NCBI RefSeq assembly: GCF_009914755.1
Contig: NC_060927.1
Length of the DNA stretch: 64,000 nt
Reading direction: 5' to 3' (one strand)
Source: the human T2T-CHM13v2.0 reference genome, Homo sapiens
The notes beneath the pieces are model-generated. The model did not search any database. It had not been told where the DNA came from and saw nothing but the letters and a program-made list of their open reading frames with translations. Below, one piece after another: positions 1-14,342 of this stretch. Both the position numbers and the translations under genes were made by a program. Every line of letters begins with the position of its first letter. The first letter of the stretch is position 1.

Positions 1-2637
1 AAGTGAGGTGGGAGAAGGGCCACGGGAGGTTTTAATAATTCTATGGTAGGAAATTTCCATGGTGATGGAAAAGACCCACTGGCTGGCCTCCAAACGCCTT
101 CCGGAAAAAACTTCCAAAAAGAAACTGTGGGACTGGCCCTCTCCAGTCCAGACAGATGCTGGAGCCACCCACGGAAGGACTTGGGGGCCGGTGCATTGGC
201 GTCAGCCCCCGGCACAGGGCCGGGCACCCAGAGGCCCAGGGATCAAGGCAGTCCAGGGATAAAGGGGTCTCCCCTCGAGGGATTCATGAAAGAACAAAGA
301 AAGATGCCCCCTGGGGAGTGAGTCACAAGCCCAGGCTCCATTTCTCTGCCACCTGCTTGCTTTGTGACCTTGAGCAACGACTAGGCCTCTCTGAGTCCAT
401 CTCTGCTGTGACAGGCAGCATTGGCGGGGTGCTGTCTAAGGTCTGAAGCATCGTGATGGTGCTGGCCCTGGCTTTGGGTTTCCCAAGGTCCCTGGGGATG
501 AGTCCAGGAGGGGTGCAGAAAAACTGAGTTCCTGGAAACTCTGGAGGCATCTCCAGGGACCAGAGACTTCCAGGGCAGGAGAGAGTGACCTGAACACCTT
601 GGGGGCAGATCCTAAAGAGCTCACTGAGGGGTGAACACACAGCCCCCTCCCTGCTGGCCACTGTCTGCCTCTCCCGTGGGCACAGGCTCCTCGGGTGAGA
701 TTCTAGAAGGGACAGGCTGAGGGGTCTGCATGCAGGTGAGGATCCTGGGGATGCCCTCAGTGTCTCCCCGTACCCCCACAGCCACCTCACTGCTGGCCGC
801 GGGGGTCTCTGTGGCATTTTGAGCTCTCCATGACCCACCTGCTGCTGCCACCACCCCTCTGCCTGTATGAGTTCCTCACGGCCTGTCCCCAGGCTTCCCA
901 TGCTGCGTTTTCACTCCACTTGCCAGTGGGCTGGTCTCTGCACGTCCCAGCCCTGTCCCTGCCCTGCCTCACATCCTGCAGGGCCCCCATGGCCCTGGGG
1001 GTTGAGCCGTAACTCTGAGGCTGTAGCTGAATTGCGCAGTGCACCAGTACATTGCCTCCAGATGCAGAAAGAAATCTTACACACCAGAGGCCCATGATAT
1101 AATACAACCTCAACCATCAGCCAGGGAAGAATCCCCTGAAGGAGAAGCAATGAGTCTGTGTCCTACTTAGTTCTGCATCTGGGTACCAGCTCACGTCTGC
1201 GCAGATTCCTTCACAGTGCTGAGCCTCAGTTTCCTCAGCTGTGAAATGGGCTGAAGCTGTTTCCTTTGCACTGGAAAAGTGAGAATAAGAAGGCCCTGGG
1301 CACAGTGCCTGGCACTGACAGGCCTTAAGCTGACCTGACGCAGACCCCCTCTGTGAAAGGGGCTGGTTGAGGGCTCAGTCTGGGTCTTGTGTGCCTTCAG
1401 GAAGGGGTGTGAGAGGAGGGAGACAGAGGCAAGGGGCAGGGGACAGGAGGTGAGGGGGTCTTCAGGAGGCCAGTAGCCAAAGTCATCACCACCACCAGAA
1501 GAGTGGCACCTGCTTTTTAAAATCAGCACTTACTATGTGCTAGGCACCAAGGGTGCCTTCCTTCTGTGGTTTTCTCATTGAAGTCCTGTCGGGAAGGTTT
1601 ATTATCCCTATTTTACAGCTGTGGAAACTGAGGCTCAGAGAGGTGAGGTTGCCGAGCTGGTGGGTGACAGGGCTGGGAGCTTTGCCCCTGAGCTCTGTGC
1701 TGGGCGAGGGCACAGGAAGGAACAAAGGGTGAGCAGAGGGATTGGAAAAGGAGGTGGGGGATTGCGGGAGCTCAGGGCAAGCCAGGGCACACCCAGGCAC
1801 AGCCTCCTCTCGCCTTGGCAGTCCCGCAGCAGGCTCCTCTCCTGCGCCCGCTCCCTCCGCTTCTCCCTGCCTCCGTATGGAGCTTTCTAAAGCAGGCCCC
1901 TGTGAATCAGAGCAAAGACACCAAATTTACTCTGCTCACTGCCAGATTTTCTCCAGAGAAGGGGGTGGTGACGCGGGAGTGGAGTGGGGAGAGAGCCTGT
2001 CCATCTGCCTACTCACCTCTGCAGAGAATCGCAAAGCCTGGGGTCTGAGGTCTGGATGTTTTGTGCGGTGGGGGCTTCCTGGCTCTGGCTCAGGCCTGCC
2101 TTCCCGGCTCAGGTTGGGGCTTCCTGGCTCTGGCTCAGGGCTGTCCCTGAGTAAAGACTGTGCTCTTGGGAGTCAGGAAGGGTTGCTCTGGGAGGGTGCT
2201 GTGTGCCAGAACCCTGTGAGATCCATGCTCTGAGCACCCACCCCACAATGGCCCTGAGCGGATGTGGGGGCCAGGGCATCATGAAACTCAGCCAGCGCCA
2301 TTGCGACATGGGGCCGAGGGGTGGTAAGTGAGGACAGGAGGCCACAAGTGGGCATGGAGGCACCCAAGTCAGGTGCCGGGACTCAGGCATCTCCCCTCAG
2401 CCAGTGGCCAGGTCAGCATGCTTCCATCGCACTCATACAACATCATTCTGCTGCCCAGGAGGCTTTGTGGGTGCCCGCTCATCGAGCATAAGATTTGGTC
2501 AAACTAACCTTGCTTTGCCACCCACTAGCTGAGCGACTCAGTTTCTCTGTCTGTAGAATGGGGATTTCACCATCAAGTGCCTAGAACTGTTGCAGGGATT
2601 TAATGAGATGACAATCTGTTTTTCAAACAGCAGCCAG

Positions 2638-2652
2638 GTGTGTGTGCGTGCG

Positions 2653-2696
<44 letters not shown>
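2638..2696. repeat. (TG)n microsatellite with TGCG units
   Basis: About 59 bp of alternating purine-pyrimidine sequence, seen directly. Confidence 0.95.
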
Positions 2697-2698
<2 letters not shown>

Positions 2699-3077
2699 TC
2701 AGCCCTGCATAAGATGCTCCTATGTCAGGATCAGCCCCAAATTCCACAGGGTGATCTACAAAGCACCAAAAGATCAGGCCCCTCTCTACTTCTTCCACAT
2801 CATCTACCTCTCTCCCCTTCACACATTTTGCTGCAGTCACAACAGCTGGAGTCTTTAAACGTGCCCAGTATGTTCTCACCTCAGGATCTTCGCACTGGCT
2901 GACTCCTTTGCTGGGACTGCTCTTCCCCAGATGGTGGCATCTTGAACATCACCTACTAGCAAGGTCCTCCCTGACCACGCTAGTGGCAGGGAGCCCCTTC
3001 GATTCTCACTAATTTTCTTTATAATAATCACCCCAGCTGGAATTATTGTTATGATGATGATGGTGATGATGATGATG

Positions 3078-3364
<287 letters not shown>

Positions 3365-4274
3365 CCAGCCAGAATTATTAATCTTAGTTATTAATGAGAA
3401 CTCCTCTGTCTTGTTTACCACTATGTACCCACTGCCTCAAATGTACCCAGCATGTAGCAAGCATTCAAGAAATGTTTGCTACAGGAACAAATAATATGTA
3501 CTGAGCCTGAAACATGCTGGTCCTTTCCTTTCCTTTACACATTCCTAGCACAGCCTCTCCCCACAAGCATGTGTGTGCGCACACACACACAGACATGCAC
3601 ATACACAGAGACACACACACACAGACAAACACAGATATACACCCCAAAACAAATCCCCAGATGAGACCAAAGAACAAAAACCCCAAACAAGAAAGCCCTG
3701 TGCTAGAAGGAGGATGCTAGGGGTTACCAGGGTCATGAGTCCAGTTGTCAGGTCCTGCCTGGCTTACCTTAGGATCTCCACTGAGGCTGTGGGAAGTCAA
3801 GGTCACTGGCAAGGGCAGAGAGCAACTCATCAATTCTCAGCATGAAGCCAGTGGGCCACAAAGGCCTGTGAGTCTTTAGTTCCACAGCCCTGATGGGGGT
3901 TGAAGAATGTGTCCTACAGGCAGGGACTGTGTCTGGTTTATTCACATCATGTCCCCAGTGCCCTCAGCTCAGAGTAAGTACTCAATGAAAACTTGCGAAT
4001 GAATAAATGAATGAGGATGAGGGGTTAGACAGCGGGAAAGGAAACAGAGAGAATTGGCCGTTAATGTTCATGGGAATCACGAGCTTGGGCCATGGTGCCA
4101 GGCACCACTGAAAGCCACTATCTGAAAGTGCCTCCAACAGTACTCGCATCCTGTCATGTCCCTGTACAATAACCTGCAATGGCTCCCACTGCCTCTGAGT
4201 AAAATTTTCTACTTATTCTGGCAATCGAAGTCCACTTGTTTTCTTCTCTCTCTGCCTCACTATCTTTTTGCTTC

Positions 4275-4800
4275 TACCCATTCATCCATTCACCCATATA
4301 CATATCTTCCTGCCCATCCATCCACTTATTCTTCTGTCCCTCCATCCTTTTGTCCACCCATCTACTCACTCATTCATCCATCTCTCTCTCCACTCCTCCA
4401 CCAAACCATCCACCTATCCATCTATCCATCCATCCAGCCATCCATCCATCCATCCACCCATCCATCCATCCATCCTCCCACCCACCCACCTATCCATGCA
4501 TCCATCCATCTACCCACCCATCTATCCATCCACCCATCTATCCATCCATCCATCCATCCACTCATCCACCTATCCATCCATCCATCCATCCATCCATCCA
4601 TCCATCCATCCATCCATGCATCCATCCACCCACCCACCCACCTATCCATTCACCCACTCACAAATCCATCCATCCATCCATCCATCCACTCACCCACCCA
4701 CAAATCCATCCATCCACCCACCCATCCATCCATCCATCTGCCCATCCACCCACCCATTCATCTCTTCACCCACCTATCCATCCATCCATCCACCACCCTA
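4275..4800. repeat. Degenerate (TCCA)n array
   Basis: About 500 bp of ccat/ccac tetramers; explains the long low-complexity ORFs at 4156-5005. Confidence 0.95.
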
Positions 4801-4804
4801 CAAA

Positions 4805-4908
4805 TTCCTTCCTTCCTTCCTTCCTTCCTTCCTTCCTTCCTTCCTTCCTTCCTTCGTTCCTTCCTTCCTTCCTTCTTTCCTTCCTTCCTTCCTTTCCTTC
4901 CTTCCTTC
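4805..4908. repeat. (TTCC)n / (GGAA)n microsatellite
   Basis: 12 uninterrupted ttcc units at 4805-4852, followed by further interrupted units. Confidence 0.97.
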
Positions 4909-5027
4909 CGTGGTTCAATATTTACTGTGTGCTTACCAGGTTCTACCAGGTTCTAGACAATGCGCTAGGTTCTGGGGTCAACCCAACTCTTCAATTCTAA
5001 AATAAAAATTATCTCATTAAATACCTC

Positions 5028-5743
5028 CTTGCAAATCCTGTCTGCTCTACCTCTGAAGCTATCCTGAATGTGACCCTCTTTCTCCACCTCCAGTCTCCAC
5101 CCTGGTCCCAGCCACCATCCTCTCTCACCACACTCATTGCAGTAGCCTCCTTCCTGCTCTCCTTCCTCTCACCTCACCCCCCACAGTCTGTTTTCCACAC
5201 ACAGTCAGACAAAAATCAAGTCCCTCTTCTGCTCACAAGGCTCCTGTTGCTCCTGTCATTCTTCGAGGAAAAGCCAGGGTCCCTGTGATGGCCCACGAGA
5301 CCCTGCGTGATCCTGGCCCCCAACTTGTCAGCTCTCTGAATTCATCTCCTACCCCTGCCTCCTCACTTTCCTCCACCCCACTTCTCCCTTGCTGTTTCTC
5401 CAACTCACTGAGCATGTCCCCATGTCAGGGCCTTTGCACTGGCCATTCCTTAGTCTGAAACCCTCGCCCCAAACAGCCATGAGGCTCCCTCAGGTCTCTG
5501 CTGAAAGGCCACCTTCTTAGGAAAGTCTTCCCTGACCTGATTCAAAACAACCCTCTTCATCTCCCTTCATCTGCTTTATTTTTCTCCTTGACGATCCACT
5601 CATTTATGTCTTTGTTTATGGTCTCTCTCCACCTGCTCGAATGCAAGCTCCACAGGGCAGTGAACAGATCTGTTGTGTTCAGTGTGGTATCCCCACTGCC
5701 TGGCACACAGTAGGCCCCCAGACAGCGTTTGCTAAATGAGTGA
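5028..5743 (+). mobile_element. L2 LINE 3' fragment
   Basis: L2 hallmarks cagggcctttgcact, gaatgcaagctccacagggcag, and terminal tgcctggcacacagtagg...tttgctaaatgagtgaa. Confidence 0.8.
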
Positions 5744-6745
5744 AAGCTCCCCGCCCCTTTAGGTAAGGCTGGTTGCTTTCATTCTATGGAGGACTTGCAT
5801 ATGCCTTTTGCCAGTGGTTCCCAAATGTGTCTGTTCATAACCCTCCTGGCCTCTCATTAAATGGATTTGCAGGCCCTTTCCCAGGATGGGATTCATGGTT
5901 TTTTCTGACTACTTCCCTTCTCACCATCTCTGTCCCTTTCTGAATGCCACCAGCTGGGACTCACTGCCTGCTGTGACTCACCATGCCTCCCCTCTCCCTG
6001 CCTCCTATCAGTCCCAAAGCCCTGTCAGCCCATCCCATGCCCTGCTCTCCTGGGAACCTGCCTTCAACTCAGCCTCTGCCCTACCCCAGCTGCACCGTGA
6101 GCCTCCAGCCTCTAGCCTCCAGCCTCATCCCTCCAACCCATTATCCTCACTAGGATCACTGTCCTTGCAGGATGCTCTTAAAGGGCCAATCTGGCCACAT
6201 CACTCCTCAACTTACAACCATTTAGCCTGCAGCCCTGGGCTTAGCCGGGCCACCTCTCCTGCCAAGCGCTGGCCACCCCGGCCTGGTGCCTTCTGCCCTG
6301 CACTACTGGTGGTGGCCTCAGTGCCTGCTCAAGTGGTGCCTTTGCCTAGAGCACCCCTCCCTGGTCCCCTGTTTTTCCAGCTGGCTGGCTGTTAGCTAGC
6401 CTTCCACTTGCCCTCGTGGGGCCCTCTTGAGGTTGCCCCCTGACAGCCCCGACAACAGGCCAGGGCTTCCCCTGGGCTCCTGCATCCCCCTGGCTTCCTC
6501 CAGCCTGGCTGTTATTACACTGACTTACAATTACTGGTTTCTCTGCTAGACCCCATGGTCTGAGTCCTAGTGCCCTTGACCTCACGGTCAAACCAGCTGG
6601 CTCAGTGCCCATGGACAGGTCACTGTGTATCAATGACCCTCAATTTCCTCATCTGTAAAATGGGAATAATAACTGCTAGAGGGATATTGTAATCAAATAA
6701 GTCAAGCAAAACACTTGGAACAATACATGTCAGTCCACGGCATTC

Positions 6746-7042
6746 TTTTTTTTTTTTTTTTTCTCTGAGATGGAGTCTCTCTCTGTCGCACAGGCTGGAG
6801 AGCAGTGATGAAATCTCGGCTCACTGCAACCTCCTCCTGTGTTTAAGCAATTCCTGTATCTCAGCCTCCTGAGTAGCTGGGACTACAGGTGCACGCCACC
6901 ATGCCTGGCTAATTTTTGTGTTTTTAGTAGAGTTGGCCAGGTTGATCAGGCCTGGCTGGTCTCGAGCTCCTGGCCTCAAGTGATCTGCCCACCTCAGCAT
7001 CCCAAAGTGCTGGGATTACAGGTGTGAGCCACCGCGCCCAGC
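6746..7042 (-). mobile_element. Alu (AluS-like)
   Basis: Poly-T followed by antisense dimer; TSD tccac[g/a]gcattctt at 6734-6747 and 7045-7058. Confidence 0.95.
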
Positions 7043-7569
7043 AATCCACAGCATTCTTATCCAGAAAATCCTACAGACTGGGAGCTCAGGAGCTGCACCC
7101 AGTAGGTGCATGTAGCTGACCTGGGCCTCCTGCAACTGGCAGGGGTGGAGCCAGGGGGACTGGAAGATCACTTTGGCCTCTCTGTGACTTTCTCCTTAGT
7201 AAGAAGCCTCTATCTGCTCCTGTTGATATTTAAAAATATCTGTTATTTGATTTGGGGGTGAAGGAAGCAGCTTTTCAGCTTTGTGTTGTTTGCTATGCTG
7301 TTTTCTCTTCTAACCTTTGAGCCTGTTTTCTGACTTTGCCTTCTGCTCTTGTTTTTGTGTGGCTGTTTTTAGCTGACCTTTTGCATCTGACCTTTTAATC
7401 TGAGCTCAGAGTCCCTGCCCTTGCTCTGGGTCTCAGGGGTGCTTGGTTGGGGAGGGGGCAACAATGCATCCTACTGTGGCACACCTTCCACAGGGAAGCT
7501 CTGACTCCGGGCATTCACCTGGAGCCCGCCTGTGTTGGGCACTGCACATGTGCTGGCTCCTTCATTCCA

Positions 7570-7886
<317 letters not shown>

Positions 7887-8145
7887 TAATGGGGCCCATA
7901 GCGGGTATCCTACAGCTGGCAAACAGTAGGGCTGGCAGCAACAAGGTCCTTGTCATCTACACGGGCTTCTGCCACTTCTCATTCCATGACTGCTGAGCCA
8001 CCAGGATGGCCATGGTACATTGCTAAGTGACAAAATAAAGCTGTGGGCTACACATAAAATGATACCATTAAAAAAAGAAATGAACCCCCTCCAAACTTGT
8101 ATCTGCCAGTATATGAAAGAACAAACAAGAGAAAGAAACAAGTTA

Positions 8146-8323
8146 CCAGATTTCCTCAGATTTAAGTCCAATGGTAAGTCGAGCCATGATTTTATGTACC
8201 ATGAAGAAAGAAAAAAGGACTTCCAATAAAACTATGACGTGCTGTCAACTGCAAGACATATCCTGACTTCAGAGATGTTAAAATGCGGGGAAAAAAGTGC
8301 ATCCCAGAATTGACAAAATAGGG
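8146..8323 (-). mobile_element. MER104-like Tc1/mariner (Tc2) non-autonomous DNA transposon
   Basis: Matches remembered MER104 consensus in reverse (attttatgtacca, aagaaagaaaaaa, aaactatgac, ttcagagatgttaaaatg). Flanked by TA at 8144-8145 and 8324-8325. Confidence 0.75.
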
Positions 8324-9357
8324 TATCGACAGTGTGGTTACATCAGGTAAATGTGGGATGTGAGGAGAGGAAAATTATTCATTTTGCCATAGATCCTTCT
8401 GTATCATTCCATTTGTTGCGACAAGCATGCATTATTTTTGTAATTCAAATGACTGTAGTTTAAAAAAGGAAAATAGGGTTTTCCAAGCTGTTGCTGCCTG
8501 GTTTCTTTTCTGGCCACCCTGTGGGTTGGGGACACAGTAATTGCTGGCTTCTCCGGGGTGCTCTGCTGGGGGAGAAGCTGGGGGCTTTTCGGGGGGTGGG
8601 GCAGGTAAGCACCAGGCAAGAAGCACCAGTCTCTTTCCAGAGCTTGGCCTGCATGGGTCTAATCAGCAGAAATTTCCCTTTATTAAGGCCTGGCCCCCAA
8701 ACCCCTCATTAAGGGCTCTTTAAGCTGGAAAGTACACAGTGGAGCCACAAACAATGCGACAAAGCCGAAATTTCCAAAGAACGGGACAGCTGAGTGCTCT
8801 TCCTCCCTTGGAGACTCTTTCTCTGAGCCCCACCTCCAATCTAGAGCCTTGCCCTCTTTCTCTGGCCTCCCTCCATGGCTGCTACCTGATGTCAGACTTG
8901 TTCCAGATGAGCTTCTGTCTGCACTGGCCCTCTCCCCAGCTAGAATGGATGCCACGGGAGACTGTGAATTGCAGCTGCCTCATTTGCGACTGCACCCCCT
9001 TTGCCCATGCTCTCCCTCTCACCCCGCTTCCTTCTCCCTCTGGGGTGTCCAGAGAGACTCAGGAAAGGCAGGTGGATCAAGGCGGGGGTTTCTAGGCAAC
9101 CTCTCCACTGTCATTTCTCTCCTGTCTTGCAGATACCGGGTCAAGTGTGATGGTGAGGGAGGATACTGGTGTCCCTTTCACAGCTGCGCAAAAGAGAGCA
9201 GATGGAACTTGAACTTGGCCGAGGCTGCCACCCAGGATGGCTTTCAAAGGACATTTTCTAGGATGGCGCCTCCTCCTCTGCTCCCACTACCTCCCTCGAG
9301 AGAAGGGCTGTTCTGGGTTTATTCTTGCCTCCCCTGTACCACCTCTCCATATCTGGC

Positions 9358-10012
9358 CAATTCATTTGTTCATTCATTCATTCATTCATTCATTCCACAC
9401 AAATCTGCTGAGCACCTCCCCTGTCCTAGGCCCTTGAATACAGAAGTGAATGAGACAGATATGCTTCCTGCCCTCAAGCTACTGATTGTCTAGGGAAGAC
9501 AGACAGACAACAAACAAGGGAATAAATACAGAAAATAATGTCAAGGGTGGTACATGCTATTCGAAAACAAGTGCCATGACAGGGAATATAGGTGAGGGGG
9601 TGGGGGAGCTCTTTTAAATAGATCAGGGATGGCCTTAATGAGGAATTACCACTCAGCTTGATGAGAAGGAATCTATGAAATAAACCGAAGGGGAAAGTGT
9701 AGTCTAGATGGGGAAATAGCATGTGCAAAGGCCCTGAGACAGGAAAGAGGCTGATGAGTTTGAGGTACAGAAAGAAGGGCAGTAAACGAGAGGAAAGCCA
9801 GGAGAGGGGTGGGGAATGAGGGTCAGACCCAGAAGGGCTTACAGGCTGCAGAAAGGAGTCTCGACTTGTTCCTGTACATCAAGGGGAGGACTGTGGAGTT
9901 TCAAGCAGGAACACTACTATCTGATATATATTCTTAAAAAAGATTCCTCTGGCCACGCAGGAAGAACAGACGATTGAAAGGGCAAGAGAGGATCTGGGGG
10001 ACCAGTAGGGAA
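9358..10012 (-). mobile_element. L2 LINE 3' fragment
   Basis: (TTCA)n tail, then ctgagcacct, cctgccctcaagct and gcatgtgcaaaggccctgag, all antisense L2 motifs. Confidence 0.8.
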
Positions 10013-10597
10013 GGCCCCTCCCTTCATCTATTCTACATGCATGCACTCAACAGTGTTCTAATGAAATCACTGAAAACAAACACAAACACAAAAACAAACA
10101 AAACACACTGGCTGGAGATCATGACTCCAGAGGCCCAGAGTGTGTTGCCCAGGAGCTTACAACAAAGAGAGGGGCAGGAAGGCCCTCAGAAGGGGGAGAC
10201 CCTTAGGTGGGGGTTGAAAGTCAGGCAAAGTCTCAGAGGTGGGGAAAAGGGTCAGTGTGAACAGGGCCTGTGCTCCAGTTCATATCACATGGCCACATTT
10301 CTAACTGACCTGACAAAGGAAAAGCGGCATGAAGGTGAAGTGTGGGGCTGGGAAGGTAGGGTGGGGACAGGCACTCCATCACAAATGCACTGGACACAGA
10401 CCGAGGAGTCTAGGCTTTATCCACTTGGCAACGGGGAGCACTGAAGACTTTGACCAGAGTGACAGGCCTGGTGGACATTCTGAGAAGTTTCTCCTGGTGG
10501 CCATGGGGGGTCTATGGGGAAGGCTAGGGTGAGATTAAGGGAGAGATGGTGAAAGGTGCTCCCTCCCTACTCTGATCCCACGACTGCTGCTACCACT

Positions 10598-10840
10598 GAT
10601 AGCTGATTTTTTCATAGAGATTCCCTTGCATCAGGCATGGTTCTAGGCTCCTTACATGTAACTCATTTAATCTGCACTAGAATCCCATGAGGTTGGTACT
10701 AGTATTTTTGCCCATTTTACAGACGAGGAGACTGAGGCACAGGAAGTTAAGTCATTTGCTCAAGGTCACATAGCTCGGAAGTGTTGGGGAATCATGCCCA
10801 GGCCCTCAAGCTCCAGGGGCTGCTCTTAACCACTGCCCTG
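10598..10840 (-). mobile_element. MIR SINE
   Basis: Antisense core cccattttacagacgaggagactgaggcacagg...caaggtcacatagct...ctcttaaccact. Confidence 0.85.
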
Positions 10841-13800
10841 TGCCTTCTCCTCCAGTTAAGATGCCACAATTCTGCATCCTGGGATTTAATCTCCTTGGCA
10901 GAAGAAAACTCTCTTTGGGAAGTGCCCTTGGCTGCCCTCTGAGGCCTCAAGAACACCACAACACACTGCTCAAAGGACACTAACTGACCAGCACCCAATC
11001 ATGTTCTATTGCTAACCTGCTGTGTGACTGGAGACAAGTCCCTGGACCTCTCTGAGAATCTGTGCAGTGTAATAAGAATGTCTCCTTTACAGAGTGGCCT
11101 TCAGCCCCACATGCTGCTACCTGGGGTGATAATCACCACCCTCGGCATTGGGTGGGGGCTACGTACATATCTCGAATCATCTCCACAATGGCTATGGTCA
11201 TTTCCCCCCAAGACAGAGGTCAAAACCCTGAGGCTCAGAAAGGAACAGTAACTCACTGAGGGGGATACAGCTTGTCAGTGGCAAAGTTGGAATTTGAACC
11301 ACAGTTTCCTCAATAGCAGCTGGCAGGTGCTTAAGACATGTAAACCACCTCTTCCCCAAATGTGGAGCCAGTGTGGCTCCAAACCTTCAAGAGTCACCTG
11401 CTGTCTTGTAGGGAGGCAGGATAAAGACCAAGGACATGGTCAATTCCTGGGGGCCAGGCCTGTTGCTGCTGAAGAGTCAGTCTCAAGGACACCCTGAACT
11501 TGTCCCCGTGGGCAGTTGCATTGGGACATGGGCCAGGTATGAATCACCCTATTCCCAGTTTGACGTCTGGCCCAAGCCACGCCTTTTTCCTGGAGGGTTG
11601 GGGGAGGGGCTAATACCATGGACAGGGTGCTGGGCTTTGGACTCTACTCTGCAACCTTGGTCAATTCCTCTCCGGCCTCAGTCTCCTCTTAGGTCCAATG
11701 CAAAGGGGCAGGAGCAGAGGGGCTATTCAAGAGGCCTTGGACAAGCCATCCCACATCTCTGAGACCATGTTGCTCATCTGTAAATGGATCCAGTCGCAGT
11801 GGTGAGAGTAAAGGAAACTTTTGCACACGGAGCCCCTAGCATCGAAATTGCTCGCTAAACGAGAGCTGTCTTGGTTATGACAGGTTACCCGGGGGCTGTA
11901 GTGAAGCCCACTGTAGACGTTCCCAGGGCCAGGGAAGCTGATGTCTCCACTCAGCTCAGAATTTCCTTCCCCTGAGGTCATGGGGCAGACTCAGGCCTCT
12001 GAGAGGGCAGAGAAGTGCCTAGAAACAGCCCTGGGTCCCAGTGCCAGGTCTCGCTTAATTTTATTGCTACTCCCTGAGTGCAGGAGTGGCCCAGGCCACA
12101 TACTCTTCACCACACTGACCCCATTTTGTAGATAAGGAAACTGAGGCTCTGGAAGCTCTAAATACTGTGGTGGTGAGGCTGAGTCTTGGTCCTGGAAGTT
12201 ATTCATGGCCTAGCCCCCAGGCAGGGCACCCGCAGTCGTATACCACCTTCTACCTGGGGCTGCCTCCGCCTCCCAGCAGGAGTTGTTTCTGGAGCTGATT
12301 CATCTCTGAGCTCAGCAAGGAGCCCGACAAACAGCCTGGTCCACACCAAATACTTAGCTAATACTGGTTTTATTGATTTGCATTCTATGCCCTCTTCAGG
12401 ATGCTCTGAGCTCAGAAATCTGAAATTGGCTGGGGGTGGGATGGGGAGAAGGGCTTCATTTTAATCTGAAGTGAGTCATGTAAGTTGATAAATTTAGAAG
12501 TGGCCTAAAGAGCTCTTAATCTGCTGCCTTCAGATAGTTGCTAGGAAGAGACTGGCACCCAGCAACCTTTGCATCCCAAATCCACATAACAGAGTGGACA
12601 CTGTTGGTGCCCACCCTAGTCCTCCTTACCGGTCTGCAGCTTCCACACCCCAGCTGCTGGGAGCTAGAGCTCCCGGCTGCCCCTTCTTTGCAGGCTTGCC
12701 CTGGGAAGAACAGGAGCTCCTGCCCGGGCAATTGCACACAGCATCCCACTCAGAAGGCAGCCGTGGCCAATAACTATCTGATATGGGGTATGAAAGGCCA
12801 GCTTTTTTGCTTCAAGGCAGAGCCAAACCTGGGGCGCAGTTCATGCCCCACATCCCCCAAGGGATCAGCTGAGGCCACACGCTTGTTTATCTCTTTCTCT
12901 CCCTACCTTGTTTCCTTTCAGCCCCTTTCTCCTGAGCGCTGTCTCATGCTTGCTCCTAGTGAGTCCAACCCAAGATCCACACACATTGCACTCCACACGC
13001 AGACACTAGCTCCACCCCTCCAACCCCGCCCCTTCCCCCGTGACCTGGACATCAGCAATGTCCAGGCAGCTTCGAATTTTAGACATTTAAAGTCTCAGGG
13101 GGCCCATCTGGCTCCAAAAGGCTTGTTTCAAAGATGGGAAACTGATGCTCAGAAAGAGACTGTGACTTGTCCAAGGTCACTTGAAGTGCTTGTCATGGCT
13201 GGCTGCACCCAGGTCTTTGTCCTCCCCCCAACTCCAATCCACTTTGTGGCCCTAGCCTGTCTGGTGGCTGGACCAACGGGCCAGCCACGGCTTTTGCTGT
13301 CTCCAGGAGGGAATTTTGCTGTGTCAACTCTGCAGAAGCCACTTGGAGGCCAGGAGAGTGCTGGCTGGTGGGCTTGCAGGATGGTTGGCAGGCTCTGCTG
13401 ACCTTGGGCAGCTGTGGGCAGGGTGGGCATCCCAGTTAGGCCCCTTCCACTGTTTGTGGTGGTCAGGCAGAAAATTGAGGGAAGACAGAAACGACTTCTA
13501 ATGAGGGCCCTAATTACCCTGTGGATCCCTGAAGCACTGGTGATGTATCTGCTGGTGGCTTCTTCTAGAAACCCTCCTCTCCATGGCAAGAACTGCTTTC
13601 TCCATAAGAGAAAGAGTCCTGAACCAACATGGGCAAAGAGGCAGCATTGGGCTGGTGCCTGGACATTGGGCTGTGGTTCCAGTCTGCTGGGAGCTGGCTG
13701 TGTGATCCTGGGCAAACCAGCATGCCTCTTGGCCCTTGGTTTTCTCAGCTATAAAGCAAGTGCAGCCTCAACTGCTATTATTTTATTGAGCCTAGTGTTT

Positions 13801-13854
13801 ATTTTAGTATCATTTATTGAACTAGAAGAGACTCATTAAAGTTCATCAAATAAT

Positions 13855-14060
13855 AATTGCTTACACTTCTGCCAAGGGCTGTCCTAAGCACTTTAATTTT
13901 ACTTAATCCTCACAACAATCCTATGAATTGGACACTTTTGTTATCCCCATTTTACAGATGGTGGGACTAAGGCACAGAGAAATTAAGAAACTTGTGCTGG
14001 GTCACACAGCATGGAAATGGTGGAGCAGGAATTAGAATCCCAGAGTCTATGCTTTAAATT
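13855..14060 (-). mobile_element. MIR SINE
   Basis: ttaatcctcacaacaatcctatga...ccccattttacagatg...ggcacagaga...ggtcacacagc. Confidence 0.85.
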
Positions 14061-14342
14061 CCTCCTTGTACTACGGTCTTTGCTGTTTGTTTTGCACGGC
14101 CATTTATTAAGCACCTACTGCATATGGGGACTCTGCTGGTCACGTAATACACACAAAAGTTTGCCGACTTCTCACAGCTGCTCCGGCAAGCAGGTGTTCT
14201 TTTGCTGATTGTTTCAGAGTGGACACAAAGGACCCAGTGAGGGACTCACCGCAACTGAGCTGGGGAGGCAGGTGGCAATCCTGGCTTCTTCCCACCAGCC
14301 TGGTGGCTCTGTTCTGAGCCCCTTATAAAACTGATCTTATTT

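Noticed and set aside
429-448. REST/NRSE-like site (minus strand ttcagaccttagacagcacc)
   Set aside because: Needs a deletion and mismatches in both invariant half-sites; the similar near-match at about 41548 also lacks the GGACAG half.
4156-5005. Three overlapping 245-266 aa ORFs
   Set aside because: Translations of (TCCA)n and (TTCC)n, which lack stop codons.
12538-13401. Longest ORF in the track (287 aa)
   Set aside because: Non-ATG start, no recognisable domain, and it runs through a MIR-like fragment near 13130-13200.
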